A DNA stretch of 63,957 nt, counting the filler, from Intoshia linei (Eukaryota; Animalia; Orthonectida), in NCBI GenBank assembly GCA_001642005.1. It is 9 parts of 9 records of this genome, joined end to end, with 100 filler letters (N's around TTAATTAATTAA, not from the genome) between each part and the next. Parts side by side here need not be neighbours in the genome. Positions count along the whole stretch, not along the records: positions 26,231 to 28,646 come from LWCA01002317.1; positions 28,747 to 53,827 come from LWCA01000507.1; 7 more parts are not named here. The stretch is one strand, 5' to 3'. Both the position numbers and the translations under genes were made by a program. The notes below the pieces were generated by a model, which saw only the letters and a program-made list of their open reading frames with translations, did not search any database and was not told the origin of the DNA. Below, one piece after another: positions 26,231 to 40,486 of this stretch. Each line of letters opens with the position of its first letter. The first letter of the stretch is position 1.

Positions 26231-26585
26231 TGACAGGGAGGAGTGGAAATTTGACACGTTATGTGATCTTTTTGAAACGATAACGGTTACACAATGCGTA
26301 GTCTTTTGCAATACAAAAAGAAAGGTAGACTTTTTGGCTGAAAATATGCGTAATAATAATTTCACTGTATCTTCTATGCACGGTGAAATGCCACAGGAAG
26401 AACGAGATACTGTTATGAGGCAGTTTAGGTCTGGTGAAAGGTAATTTTTATGTTTATTTTTATACGTTTATATTTAGTCGAGTTTTAATTACAACTGATA
26501 TTTGGTCAAGAGGTATCGATGTACGACAGGTGAATGTAGTTGTGAGTTACGATTTACCAAATAATCGTGAATTGTATATCCACAG
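26231..26585 (+). CDS. EIF4A3: eIF4A-III DEAD-box helicase, internal fragment (exons 26231-26440, 26478-26585)
   Basis: [33 protein letters not shown]...[22 protein letters not shown]|[41 protein letters not shown] and NNRELYIHR favour eIF4A3 over eIF4A1/2. 37-nt intron. Confidence 0.88.
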
Positions 26586-27244
26586 GTAAATATATTTATA
26601 TTTATCCAGTGTTTCTTAACTGATGCGCGTCAGCCTAAAATTGGAAACGATGTATACCGGTTCACCGAGTCAAACCACATTTTTGTGCACCAAACTAACT
26701 TTTTTCTTAAATTTAAAGTTTCCTTCCAAAATTTTATACTATTGTGTATATCAGGGGTTCTCATTTTTTTTAGAAGGACCACATTTTATCAATATGAAAT
26801 AATTTAGAACCATTGCTGGCTACAATTTCTATTTTATTGCAAAAAAATGTAAATCCAATTACTATATTTTTAATCACTTTATTTATTATTGATTTATTGT
26901 AAAAACGGACACTACCAAAATGGTGCAACTTAAATTATTATAATTACATAGAAATGAAAATACAATTGTATTGTTAGATTAACACAAGTCGAACTTGAGA
27001 TAAAAGTTACGGATTGGGTGCATTATAACTTATAATCCACTTAATCTAAAAAAGTAATAAATTATTACTTTTTTAGTCAACATTGTCGTAGTTAAGATGT
27101 ATTCCTTTTGAGAATGTATTATATCACAATTACAACAATCTAAAATTAATGGTATTGAGCGTGATAACAATTGTGTGGATTCAATTCAAAATGATGTAAA
27201 CTTGAATCAAGCACATCATGGTGGGCAAGTATCAAAACTGTATT

Positions 27245-27420
27245 GTCAGGATATTGCAAAGTATTGTATAAAACCTAATATTAAAGTAAAATAGAAAATT
27301 GTGATATTTCATCAATTCTAGCATTCAGTCGTAGCTATACGTGATCGATAATGTTGAGATCTGGACTATTAGACTGCCATCTCATTAATTGGATTTTATT
27401 CTCATCCATCCATTCAGTGA
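27245..27420 (-). mobile_element. Tc1 transposase C-terminal remnant
   Basis: ITEWMDENKIQLMRWQSNSPDLNIIDHV* corresponds to the WPxxSPDLNPIE motif. Confidence 0.7.
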
Positions 27421-27424
27421 TCTA

Positions 27425-29810
27425 ATAATAACCCACCTTGCTAATGGCGCACTTGGATTTCGGGTTGTGGTTTTCTTACTTGTATATTAGTTATTAATTT
27501 CATGTGCGATGTGATCCAATGCACTCCAGTGTGTATTTTATCAATTTTTATTAGCGTTCCGTCAGGTTATTTTAACACATTAACTTTGTTCAACGTAGTT
27601 ATGAGTTGTCCATCTAGTATCAACACTTTTTCAGTGTCTGGTATATTGTAAATCACTACATTCTTATCTTAAATAGTCAATGTGTTTTTATTTACTATAG
27701 GGAACAATATGTATATTATTTTATACTTGTAATTAGATCTGATAGTTTTTGTAATGGATCGTGGCTGAACGTCTTTTTTTTCTAGCGAAATCAATTTATT
27801 ATATTTCAAGAATGTCACAATGTTTAATGATACAAAATCAGAAAGTGAAATCATTCACTTCTGATACAACTAAACCAGTTACAACACTACATCTCCCATC
27901 AGATCTTCCAACTTCAACTCGACTGGGCTCCAAAGCGCGGCTACCCTCCACGAACTGACTGCAACTTTTTCATATGGGCACCAAGGTGCGGCTACCCATC
28001 TATATTTATGAGTTTTTATAATGGATCTTACATTGTCATGATATGGTAACATCAATGTACCACTCTTGTCAGAGAACATTTCATTTATCAAGTCTTCTGT
28101 CTTTGATCCACAGGTTATATTATTACATACATGATCAATAAAACGATAAGATGTGGAACTGTAACAATAGCATTTGTAAAATATATTGGTAATTGTTACA
28201 TTTTTGTTATGTGTATATAATCGTGAGACAGGCATAAATTCAGAATCTGCTGTTTTCAGAATTTTTAATCCTTTTACAAAGGAATTGATTTAAGTGCCTT
28301 TTTTTGTTTTTCGTTAAGTAGAAGTTTTGCAATGTTAAGAGTATAGGATTTGATCAACGTTTCCGATGGTATGATGCTGATTTTGTTTAGAAAACATGTA
28401 AGCAACATTATATTATGCCGCTACAATTTTTTTACATTGAGAAGAAATGATAAATCAACTGTTCTACCTATATCGAAACGTCTTATTTTTCGAGTGATAA
28501 CTTCAACACTGTCAATGAGGTTTTTCGGTTTCATCTGCATCATTACGACGGGTATTCAGTTATTTCACTGTCTTATAGACACCCTTAAAAATGGTTAAAA
28601 ACTCTATGATAATTTATATATTAAAATACATAATTTGTATACCTTANNNNNNNNNNNNNNNNNNNNNNNNNNNNNNNNNNNNNNNNNNNNTTAATTAATT
28701 AANNNNNNNNNNNNNNNNNNNNNNNNNNNNNNNNNNNNNNNNNNNNTTAAGGGAACCTGGTGTCTCTGAAAAAATATGCGAGAACTTGGAAACCAGATTT
28801 ATGTACGGTTTAGGTACATCAACTTTAGTAGAGTTAGAGTTTAGTTGTTTATTATCAAATACATTATTTATTTTCTGTACTGTCTTTAATTTCGATTAAT
28901 TTCAGTTCTCTCGCAAGGCAGCATTTTATAATATTATCATGATTAGTAATATAAAATTTTGATGAAGCATTAAGTTTATCAAATTTTATCAACACATATC
29001 CTAATATCGAGACTTCATCATTATTATATGAAAATAATTTCTTGTCGGTCTCATGTATGACAATTTTAGGATTTTTTTTTGTGCTTATGATTAATTAAAT
29101 TGACTTTTGCTCTAGTATCAATCATAGACTCAATAAAGATATTATTAATGGTTACCTGTTCATATATCGCCGAACTATATTCTTGAAAAACAGCATTGAT
29201 TTTGTATTTACCATAATCTTCCTGTTTCACCGCTGGTTTAAAATCTACTTTTTTAAATTGTTGTTGGCTGGTATTATAAAGCGATTTTTTAATTAAATAA
29301 TAATTTTCACATTCTTTTATAACGTCTGACAATTTTGTATAATTTTCATTTATTAGGACACTTTGGAGTTTGCGATTATTACAGTTAAATAGTATCATAT
29401 CTCTTACTCTTTCATCTAAGTTATCAAACTTGCATTTAATTCCTTTTTCGTGTAATTTCTCGAGCAATAGTGCAATAGCCATAGTGCAAAAGGCTTATTA
29501 TACCTCTTTTTAAGGCATAAAATTACATTCTTTCAAAGCTAATGTTAACATCATTCCAGCTTTTTATTTCCTTTTTCAGTAGCATCATTGAGTCAGAAGT
29601 TCCACTTCTTTTGAAGCGATTATGCGCTTTTTCACAAAGCAAACTTTCTGTGATTCATTTAATTTGTTTGTCTCAGTTTCATTGATACAAATATAAGCCT
29701 CAACTTTTTCAATCCATCTAATAGGATCTATTGTAAATTTTCCTGTCTTGTCGATTAACTCTCTGGGAGGTACAATCCACGTGTACATGACTTATTAAAA
29801 TGTAGTGATA
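27425..29810 (-). mobile_element. Decayed Ty3/gypsy-like LTR retrotransposon (gag, protease, pol pieces; interrupted by gap)
   Basis: Gag-like PIRWIEKVEAY and ERVRDMILFNC..KLQSVL, aspartic-protease-like SMIDTRAKVNLI, and HIFSETPG at the start of RT. Multiple stops and frameshifts. That the part left of the gap belongs to the same element is assumed. Confidence 0.7.
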
Positions 29811-30149
29811 TCTGAAATAAAGAGGAAGATCAATTGTATTTTAAAATAAAAAATTTATAGAAACAAATTTATTTTAATAATAAGTTTATTGTTCAAGTGT
29901 TTTGATACTATAGCAACGCTACACAAACATCTCCCGATTTTTATTTTGAAAGTATAAACAATAATAATCCTTAGACCCTTTGAAAATATTCATTTGTAAA
30001 TACATCAAATTATTAAACCCAAAAAAACATAATACAAAATACAAATGTCGTTTTTCTAATGATCCTTAAATAATTGTAATCAGTTTAAATATTCATGATT
30101 ATAATCTCTAAATTTTCACGAACCTAAAAATACATACTGTAATTTTGCT

Positions 30150-33100
30150 AAATCTTAAGTGTTCATATATAAAACCCCTGATCCCTTATAAGACTTATAC
30201 AATACAATAATAATGTTCAAACATTTTATAAAATTTTTGTAAACTACAAATAATGTACAATAACTAATTTTAGTTAATTTTGACATATTGGCCGGTAAAA
30301 ACACACATCATGTATTGGTTTATTTATGTAATTATCCATACAAGCACGTTACTTTCTGGTATATTTATATTTAAAAATTATTAATATTTCATACATTATT
30401 TCATACAATTACATACCGTGAAAATTTAGGTATGGTCAAACAGTCTGTAAAGATTCTCCTAATATTCTGTGGGCCATGAGTCCTTCTGCGAATAATTCAT
30501 TTCTGCCAAAAGGTTAATATTTTTAAAAATTAATAATTAAGTCGAAACAGTAGCTAGCCTTAGCGGAAATATTACCTTATATTATTTTAGATACTGGATT
30601 TGATTTGTATAAACAAAATAAAAAATATTTTGTAATTCAATTCCATGAACTGGAAATTAAAAAAAGTAATATAATAAAAGATAATACACAAGTATTATTT
30701 AAATTTAACACAAGTGTTAGACAACCGTGGGGCCAGGCCACACTGGTGAGCATGACGAAATTTTTAGTGGGCCTGGTAAATTTTACAAACTCTATTTGAC
30801 ATCAAAAGAATTATGATGTACTTATGGCTCACCGAAGATGTTTTAAACAACCTATCAACTTTAAATTAATTTTACTATGATGAATTTGTTGCCATTTCCA
30901 TCATCTTATTTAACATCATTTAACAGAATGCTGGTTTAGTGCTGTTTTAAACTTAAAAAACTGGTTTGTAATAACAAAAAAGAGAAATAGACTCCAAATT
31001 TCAAAACGAGAAGATATATGTTAAAATCTTACAGAATTAGTGCATAATATTCAGAAATTCTGTAAGAATCTTTAGATCAATCATCTCATTAATTCTAAAA
31101 AATAATTAATAAAAAAATTATTGTTTTTATCATTATTTTATTATAATTCGCTCGAATTTCGTCAATAATAGCTTTCCATTTATAATATACTAGGGTGAAT
31201 GTTATGTACTACGTACAAACAGCACCTAGCTATGCCGAGGTCACATTTTTATTTTACTTAAAATTAAATTTACGTTGAAAATTTAACTAAAAAGTAAATA
31301 TAAAAATGATAATAACAAAGTTGTATTACTTTTAGTAATTCGTTGTTGTAGTGTTAATTTAAATTTTAAGCTAAATGTTTTGAAAATGAGAATTTGAGAT
31401 TTAAAAATTGCGAAGGAATGAATTATTAAGATTTTCACTCATATTTCTGTATTGGAAATGTGTAGACGTTCAATGCACATTTTTTTTGAAATTGCAGGAT
31501 CAATATTTACATTTTCAATTTATATTTTAATCGAAATATAGATGTTCTCTATTTATATAGTCATGTTTCTATTTGATATAGCCATGTTTGAATTTAATAT
31601 GGTCATATTTGAATTTAATATAGTCATAATTATTATGACTAATAATCAACATAATGACTATATTTAAATAAAATATGACCATATTAAATGCAAACATGAT
31701 TATATAAATAAAGAACATGTATATTTGAAAAATATTTGTTGAAAATATATTAAAAATTATTTTTTATCGGGAATGTGTAGATTTCTCGGGTTTAACTTTT
31801 GCATTTATATCAACTGGAATACGTTTTATCAGAATAATTTTTTTTTTAAATTTTCGGATCGTTAATTATTTCACATTTTTTGTTTTAATAAAATATTTCG
31901 GAAAAAAAATTATATGAATACTAAAATTCGTTTTTGACCATGAAGGTGTCACTTATTCAGATTGAAATTTTTTATGTGTGTTAACAGGATACAACTGTAC
32001 CACCTGTAAATTTATGTTTTCATTAAAAAAAATAAATATCTTGTGGTTTTGGCTTTGAGGATATTTTTCTTTAAATTTATGATTTTAAAATCCGCATCAG
32101 AGTGTATATATTTTTAAATTCTCAACTCGTTTGATTTTCAAAAAAAGTACCATTGGTCTTTTTAACTCATAAGATGTCAGTTTGGGAGGTTGAAATTTAT
32201 TTTGCTAACACCCCGGAAAAACTGTAATTGAAATGTGGACTTTATAAAATTCTAAGACTGTTTTCAGTTTAAAAAAATGATAATCTGAGCTTTTGATTAT
32301 TATAAATTTAATTTAAATTTAAACTTGAGCCTACATAATTACTCTGATAGAAATAACAAATAAAAGTTTAGTATTTTTCCTAATTTATTGTCCCGATGTG
32401 GTTCATAATTTTCCGATGATACTGATTTTTATAATTGAAAAAATTTTTAATAATTATATACATGTATTTTAAAAATTTATTAATTTTTATATTGTTTAGA
32501 TATTAATAACGCTGTGATAATATTTACATTTTGTAGATCAAGGTATTTTGATAAATTAACACACATTAATTATTCACGTTAGACCGAAATTAATACTCAA
32601 AATCTTGTCATTACTTGCTAATAATTTTGAATTGCAACCAAATTCATGTACGTTTTCTACGGTTTATCATAAAAAATTAATTAACAGAGACAAAAAATTG
32701 GTTTATATAAGTTATGATTAGGGCAATTTTTTAAATAACTTATAAAAAAAATAAAATAACCTAACGACTGATTTTTAGTAACTTTTAGCTATTATTAGTA
32801 ACTTTAAAATTTTCTTGTATACAACTCTAATTTAAATCTTCTTAACTTGAATTGATTACTTTTCATTTTTTATCTGTTAATATTTCGTACCATTTGAAAA
32901 TTCTACAGAAAGATTTTACATGTAAAAGTAAAACTTTTAGAATGAAATATAAGTGTTTATTTTTAATTTCAAAAAAATGACTTTATTAACTTTATAAAAT
33001 TTTAATTAGCTAATTAATAAACATAATATTGGTATGATCATGCTTGGAATTGCATGCTAATTAACATATAAAAAATTAACTTTATTAACTTTTACTTGCC

Positions 33101-36100
33101 CTTGTTATGATATGTACTTGAAAAAAACGATGACTATATTATAGGCATTGAAATTTGCAATGCATTTTATTGTAAAATAGATACAATATTAATTTAAGAA
33201 TAAATATATTAATACAATTAAATTTGTAATATTTAAATAATTTTATTTACCATTATAAATTTTTATAAAAATTTACCCGTAAATTATCGGTAGAAATACT
33301 TTACCAATAGATTTCCAACTCTGCTTCAGATCACACTGTTACCTATTGACCACCATCTTATATTACTGAAATATTACTATTGTCAGATTAAACTTGAAAC
33401 AATATAAATTTAGATCCGCAAACGGGCTGCACGTATAAATTAATGAATAATAAAGTTAAAGATAAATTTGTACCAGTACTATTTAGAATTCACGCTCACA
33501 AACATGGTATTTTATTAAATTGTGAATATTTTTTACATGGTACGATATGTACCAACATTCCGAGATCAGTGACCCATTTGAATAAATTTAGTCACCTCAT
33601 ACTAGAATGAGTGATAACACAATTTTATATTTTTTTTATAAAATTTTAAACGTAAAATCATTTCATTTTTTAAAATACATGTTCAATCAACAATGATTAT
33701 TAGAAAAATTATGATGGTCTGATGAAAAACATTGATCAGTGGTTCTCACGGTGGATAAATGTGCTTTTTTGACATAATTTATATAATGTTAATAAAATGT
33801 TTATAACATTTGTAAAATGAAAAAAATTTTAAGGTCTTGCTCGAAGGGTGATGATCTGTACAAAATTGAAATTATAAATCATATGGAAAAATTCTTTTAT
33901 ATAATGGGTCGCTTCAGATAAAAATTTATTCATTTCTGGGTTAATTAATAGTTTAACTAAAATTTTCATCGAAAAGTTTTTTCGAGTTAATCAGTTTTTT
34001 TGATTTATAGTTTAATATAAATACACAATGTAATAGACAATTTTTTTGAATATATGAGATTAATTTTTTTCTAAGCCAAACCTCAATCTGTTGACTATTC
34101 AAAAATAATTATTTTTATAATTCTAATAAACAAAAATCCATTATACTTTTATAACGTCGACACTTCAATGTTGTACAAGTAAATATTTAAAATTTAGCTA
34201 CATCAATTTCTTTATATCTTTATAATGGATCATGGCATCTCATAGGAAAAGATAATCCAAATAAAAATAAGGTATTTAAATTATTAATTAAAACAGCTTG
34301 GATAAAAAGCCTGTTGTTTCATTATATTACTTATATTATAATGTAAATAATTGAATTACTGTATATTTAAAAAATTAAAATTAAAACATTCATCAACATT
34401 TTTTGAGATATCTATCTATGATAATGCTTATGATTTTAAAAGCTATCACAAAATTTATGTTTTAAAAAAAGTTTAATTTAGTTAGGGTTTTGAATATGAA
34501 GATCTAAGTTTCTGATGCTAAGATTTACGCCAATGGTAACGTCTTTAAAACGCGTTACATGATATATACTTTTTTAAATGTTAACGCTGATTTTATTTTT
34601 AAAATAATAAATTTGTTTTTGACCGTGAAAAACTCAATTTCGGAAAATAAAATTTGCAATGATGCATCACTTGGATTTTTAAATAAACGGTAACACACCT
34701 TAAATTTTATATAAGTAATGAATGTAATTTATATATTTTTTTGGTGTCCAAAGCGAAAAAGGGTTGATAATGCATGTTTTAAATACAGACTAAAAAAATT
34801 TAATTTTTAATTTTATTGTGATTATTGGTTTATGTTGAAATTATATAAAACTTATTTATAGTAATTAATATTGTAATGTTGTAAATAGTAATTTAATTTA
34901 ATATTATTCATATTTAACAAAATTTGAAGAAATTTAACAATGTTAAATCTCATCTCGAATTAAAAGAGGGAGATAGAATATATTTACAATGCAGATACAA
35001 TACTATAAATTACACCAAACCAATCAACATAGGGTATATTTTAAATGTATTTATTAAATGTGTTAAATTTCATTTCTGACATTACGAATTTTATAAATTA
35101 CTAGGTTGACTGTTATGTACTACGTACAAACATCACCTAGCTCTACCGAGGACACATTTTTATTATACCAAAAAAATAAATTCACGTTGAAAATCTAACT
35201 TAAAAATTGTCATAAATAGCATTAATTCCGGAAAAAATAAAATTATATAAACCTATTTTGTCATTTTCAATGTGATAATATATACATACATTTCGAATGT
35301 ACTTAAAAAGTATTGGTAAATTAAAAGTAAAGTACAATTGGGCTTTTTGACCCGTAAGATGTGAGTTAAGGGGGTTGAAATTTATTTTGCTAACACCCCC
35401 AGAAAAACTGTAAATGAAATGTGGACTTTATAAAATTCTAAGACTGGTAGTTATTGAAATAAACGATAACACAGACACACAAACAAATATTGCAAAGCAT
35501 ATTATTGAAGTAAAAATACATTTAAAAATTTAACTATTTAAAAAACTATATTTACTGAAAATCTTTACTATAAAATAAGCTTTTGTTAGGAAAAGCAGCA
35601 AATTTAAGAAAAAAAGGTTTTATATACAAAAAACAAAAATTGATAAAAAAATAATATTGTGATATATAAAATGGTAAGAAAAATTATGTATCGTCGCTTT
35701 TTTGATTTTTTTTTTCGTCTGTTTTGTCTTTAAAATCAGTTAAAAATTTCGAAAAATTTTTTCCATCATATTTCTCAACACATTATCTGTGTATCACCCA
35801 ATATTCGATATTTTTCACTAGGGAAAATATTCATGTTAAAATTTAAGCAATTTAGATTCAAATCAACGGACGAAATGTGCAATGGATATATAATATATTA
35901 TTCGAATTATAACAACCAAATTAGTGGCTATATGAAATTTGACATTGACAAGACTTTACCAGAATACTCTGATCATATTTTTGACAGAAAAAATTTTATG
36001 GAAGGTAAATTTGATTAATGTTATTTAATCTCATAAACCATTTTGTACATTTTTAAGATAATTAAACTCCATGATTTTTATTATTTTTATTAATTGTATT

Positions 36101-39100
36101 ATTTATAGTTGAAAAGGTTACATTGGATAAATGGCCATTAGGTAACAATATAGATTTATTGAATAACCCAATAAGTGGTGTGGCAAATGATTTAAAAGAT
36201 AATGTGTACATATTTAACCGAAAAAATTATGACTGGAATTCATCGTATGTAGTTTTTTTATTCTTAGAATAAACAACATTATAAAATTTAATTTTTTATG
36301 AAGATTACATAACACACCCAATAAATTTATCAAATCAGATACAATATACAAATTTGATAAAAATGGACATTTTATTGATTCATATGGAAAAAATATGTAA
36401 TTATTAATTTTACCATACACCAGATGTATATTAAACATATATATCATGAGTATTTAACCATTTTTAGGATAACGGTCCCTATAAAATAATATTTTATGCA
36501 TGGATATATAATACAATTTACTCAACACAATTTAAAAGAGCCATGTATTGCTAGAGTCCATAGACCAGTGTTTCTTAATTTTTTTTGACCTATGCACCCC
36601 CAAATATTGATTTTCATAACTGTGCACCCCTGATTAAAAATTAATTAATTAATGCAATATTAATTATACATTAAGTTTCACTCGTTAATTTAATACACCG
36701 TTTCTAATGACAAAATGTAATGTACAGATTTATCCGATAAAATTTTAGAAGTAAAACTGCTGTGGTCATCTTAATAAATTCATTAATCAAAAATAGACTA
36801 TTATTTTACAATTTTACAGACACAGAAAATAGACATATTAAGTAGAAGCGGAAATATATTACATAACAATTGAATAATAACATATTTATTTACATCAATT
36901 TTAATGCGATCGTTGCTGTTGCTTTGAACTGAGAAACAAGCTAAATCTTAGTATAGTTTTTGATATGCTTACTCGCATATCGGCACAAACATCTAATTTA
37001 TTCCTTTTTTTTGTTTTTAAATTTGTTAGAGTAGAAAATCCAGTTTCACAAAACCATGTTGTAACAAAAGGAATAATCACTTCAAGGGCCTTTTCAGCCA
37101 AAGTTGGATAGATATTAAGCATGCTACACCAAAAATCACCAAGGTCCATGTTTTCAAATTTCATTTTTAATATTTCCTTAGTTTTTAAGTCGCATAGATC
37201 ATCTTTAAAACTATCGTAGTCATCTATATCATCGAAATTAGTGTCAAAAGGTTTTCTTATCCACCTAGAAAGCTTTTGAGCTATTATTAAAATAACCATT
37301 GAAGCTCTTACTTAGCATGTCTAGATGAACAATTATTAGGTTTTCAAGATTTATTGGCAAAATGTCTCCTGCTTCTTTATTTATTATTTGATTTAAATTT
37401 GAAAAATTATAATAAATTTTTCTTTTTACTCGTTCTATCCAAAGTTTTAATTTTAAGATAAATGACTGAGTTTTCTCATTGGCACAAATCAAATCAAATA
37501 TACAAAACTGTGAATCGATAAAATTTTCTGATAAATTAAAATTTTTTGTTGAGAGAAATTCAGCTATCTCGTTTCGCAGTTGAAATACTCTGGCTAATAC
37601 ACGTCTACAAGAAAGCCACCGAACTTCGGTGTGATATAATAAAACATTACTTTCACTCTTCAAATCAATACAGAATTGTTGAAAAAGACGATGGTTCAAT
37701 GCACGCCCTTTTATGAAATTCACGGTTTTAACTATAGAATTTATCATCTCTTAAAATTTGGTTTTTTCTTTTGGAATCAGATAGAGAGATTTCCGATATA
37801 AAATTTTGATAAAATTGGATTTTTCAAAAAAAATATTGGTAAAAGGGGATTATTTCCTTAAGGGTTGGTAAAATTTTGGTTTTTTTACATATTTGACTAA
37901 ATTGAATAAAATATGTTAAAAATTTATCTTTCGCACCCTTATTCACCCCAATCATCTAAAATTTTAGTATTTACCCCCTCATAAAAATATTCACACTTTA
38001 GGGGTGACTAATCACCCCATGAGAAACACTGCTCTAAGGCTTAGAGCTAAATAATCATTGATTTTGTTAATCATAATATTGATTTTTTCACAATATTTTT
38101 GTGGTTTCTTTAATGACAATGACCAATGTCACATGTGTTAATGTAAAATTTTCGATTTAAGGAGGAATGTATAATAAAAAAATATAAATATTACATTAGT
38201 GATGTGTTCAGGATTAGAAGGATTTTTTGTGACAAGTGCTCCATGGGGAGAAAAGTTTGGGAAGTACTGATCTAAGATTTATCGCTCCAACAATACATGG
38301 CTCATTTAATTACATTTTAACATTTTAATTTCCCATCACAAAAAGTTACAATTCTATTCTGTATTTTGAAATATCAATTTTCCTATGTTGTAACTTGACC
38401 AAAACATTTCAATCAACCTAGAACCCACTTGAGAATAACTACAGTATGTAGTATTAAAAGTTTGAAATATCGCATGTTTCCACTAATTTTGTATAACATC
38501 TGTATTTAGATTTATGATGCCTCACGGAATACACGTGGACGCTTTAGATAGAATTTGGACTACAGATGTTAAACTAAATAGGGTTATTACCTTGTCCATA
38601 TTTACTTTCTTAAAATTCAGTTTAATTTTATGTATTTGTAAGTGTTAATTTAATTTTTCATTTTGTTATTTTTGGGAATTACGAATTAAAAACACGATAT
38701 GATTATAATCATTGATTTTATAAAAAAAGATGACTAAATTAAATGTATTAATTGTAGATCGTTTGTTTAAACCCAAATAGCAAACAAATTATACTGATAT
38801 TGGGAAAATCCTTTAAACGTAAAAATGAGCGTTCTCAATTTTGTCAACCGAGCGATGTATTAACGATACACGACGGGAAATATTTATTTGTGGCAGATGG
38901 GTAAAATTGAATATTTATTGTTTTATATACAATGTAATTTGAAATTTTCATTATTTTAAATGTAGTGTATATTTTTGGTAATTTTAGTTATTGCAATTCT
39001 CGCATTGTCATGTTTGATGATTCTGGAAATTACATGAAAGAATTTACAGTAAATGAACAAATGACGGATGGATGTAAGTCAATAATTTAAAAATATCAAA

Positions 39101-40486
39101 TTAAGTTAAAGGAATTTTTTTAACCTAATTTATAAAGGGATTAATTTAAATTTTAAATTGTTCCGATAGATCTTATTCCAGTTGATATAAATACAATATT
39201 TTAACCCCTGAAATCTACGCATTTCCGGTGAAAAATAATTTTTAATATATTATGAACCAATATTTTTCAAATATTTTGATTAAAATAAAAATGTAAATAT
39301 TCATCCTACAACTTCAAAAAAAAGTGGATTGAATTTTTAAGTTAGATTTTCAACGTTAATTTATTTTTTTGGTATTATAAAAATGTGCCCTCGGCAGAGC
39401 TATGTGCTGTGTGTACGTAGTACATAACAGTAAACCTAGTAATCTTATAAATAGCATTGAATTTAAATTATTTTATTTTTAGTAAAAAATGTCATCATTC
39501 ATGGATTATCATTCATACCTGACACGTATTCAATTTGCGCAGTATTGAGGTTAAATGCAAAAATTGTTTGCTTTAATATCATGAATGACAGCATTACTTT
39601 TATGTATCAATTTAAAAGGGACATACAACTTTTTGCTATAGCCTATACAAAAATAGGTAAAATGTCAACATTTATAATGGTGAAGAGATTTTGAGATTTA
39701 AAAAATAAATCATAATTAAGACATTTGTAACTATTAATCAAAGCTATTATATCAGGTTCCACCTATAGAGTGAAAATTTGTTTAATTTTCATTACATCTT
39801 GTTAAAAATTAATTTGAAATTAAGTTTAGAAACCACCAAAATCATGTTGACGGTCACCTAAAAATTTCAAACTTCCACTTAAACGGGTATAAATAAATTT
39901 ACTTTAGAGAACAAATCCGGTTTTTACATGATTGGTATGAATAATGATGATGGCATTGGTTATGGATACAGCTTGAATTTGATAAATAAAGCCATATTTG
40001 CATGGGATGATATTGTATATTTAAAAAAACATGATTTATAAGTACTATTTAGATTCTGAATAATCCACACGATTTAATTATAAGCAATGATAAATGCTTT
40101 TTGTATATAAGTTCAATTGGAGAAATGAAAAATTTACAAAGATTAAAATTATGCAAATTAGGAGACACAGGTTAAATTTTGAATTAAAATTTTATTCCCA
40201 ATTTAATAAATTATAGTCAAATTAATAATTAATTTTAGATACCGATCCAATACTTGCCAATAATTCTGAATATTACGTCAATATTTTAATTAATTTCACC
40301 ATTGTATTTGCAGTATTATTTGTTTTGGCACCCATTACATATATATTCACTTTATGCTTCGACAAGTACAAAAGTAAATGCCAAAATTCCAAAGTAAAGT
40401 CATTATTTAAATCTTGGAGAAAATGTTTACAAGGCAAAGAATACAAAAAAACTGATTCCGACAAATTGACTCTATTAAATAATTAA
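30150..40486 (+). CDS. PAM: Bifunctional peptidylglycine alpha-amidating monooxygenase (PHM + PAL + TM), many short exons; start approximate
   Basis: PHM exons: THHVLVYLC (~30300), NILWAMSP..LPK, KYFVIQFH, FRIHAHKHG (~33490), WHLIGK.NP, GDRIYLQCRY, STDEMCN (35870). PAL/NHL exons: FMMPHGIHVD..IWTTDV, FCQPSDV..FVADG|YCNSRI, IIHGL, NPHDL. A C-terminal TM helix follows, with the stop at 40484-40486. Confidence 0.9.
31190..32275 (-). mobile_element. Long non-autonomous Helitron copy in PAM intron
   Basis: Begins a|ctag..tgttatgtactacgtacaaacagcacctagc on the + strand. Internal blocks are shared with 1-150, 10370-10700, 14160-14450 and 35340-35450. Confidence 0.65.
35101..35517 (-). mobile_element. 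Apparently complete ~0.42-kb non-autonomous Helitron
   Basis: 3' hairpin plus CTAG|T at 35101. The 5' end A|T(T)TTTACT..aatatgc..gtttgtgtgtctgtgtt at ~35517 matches the TC start at 7293. Confidence 0.75.
36566..38031 (-). mobile_element. hAT (Buster/ZBED8/SCAND3-like) transposon, truncated and frameshifted, in PAM intron
   Basis: ORFs 37265-37747 and 36901-37299 contain VKTVNFIKGRALNHRLF, LLYHTEVRWLS and PFVTTWFCETGFSTL..KTKKRNKL. Ends are cagtgtttct / agaaacactg, with nnnTAnnn flanks. Confidence 0.9.
39160..39439 (+). mobile_element. Non-autonomous Helitron 3' part in PAM intron
   Basis: Ends gtacgtagtacataacagtaaacCTAG|T. Confidence 0.75.

Noticed and set aside
27046-27076. Perfect 15-bp-arm palindrome
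   Set aside because: AT-rich and isolated in TE debris; no evidence of function.
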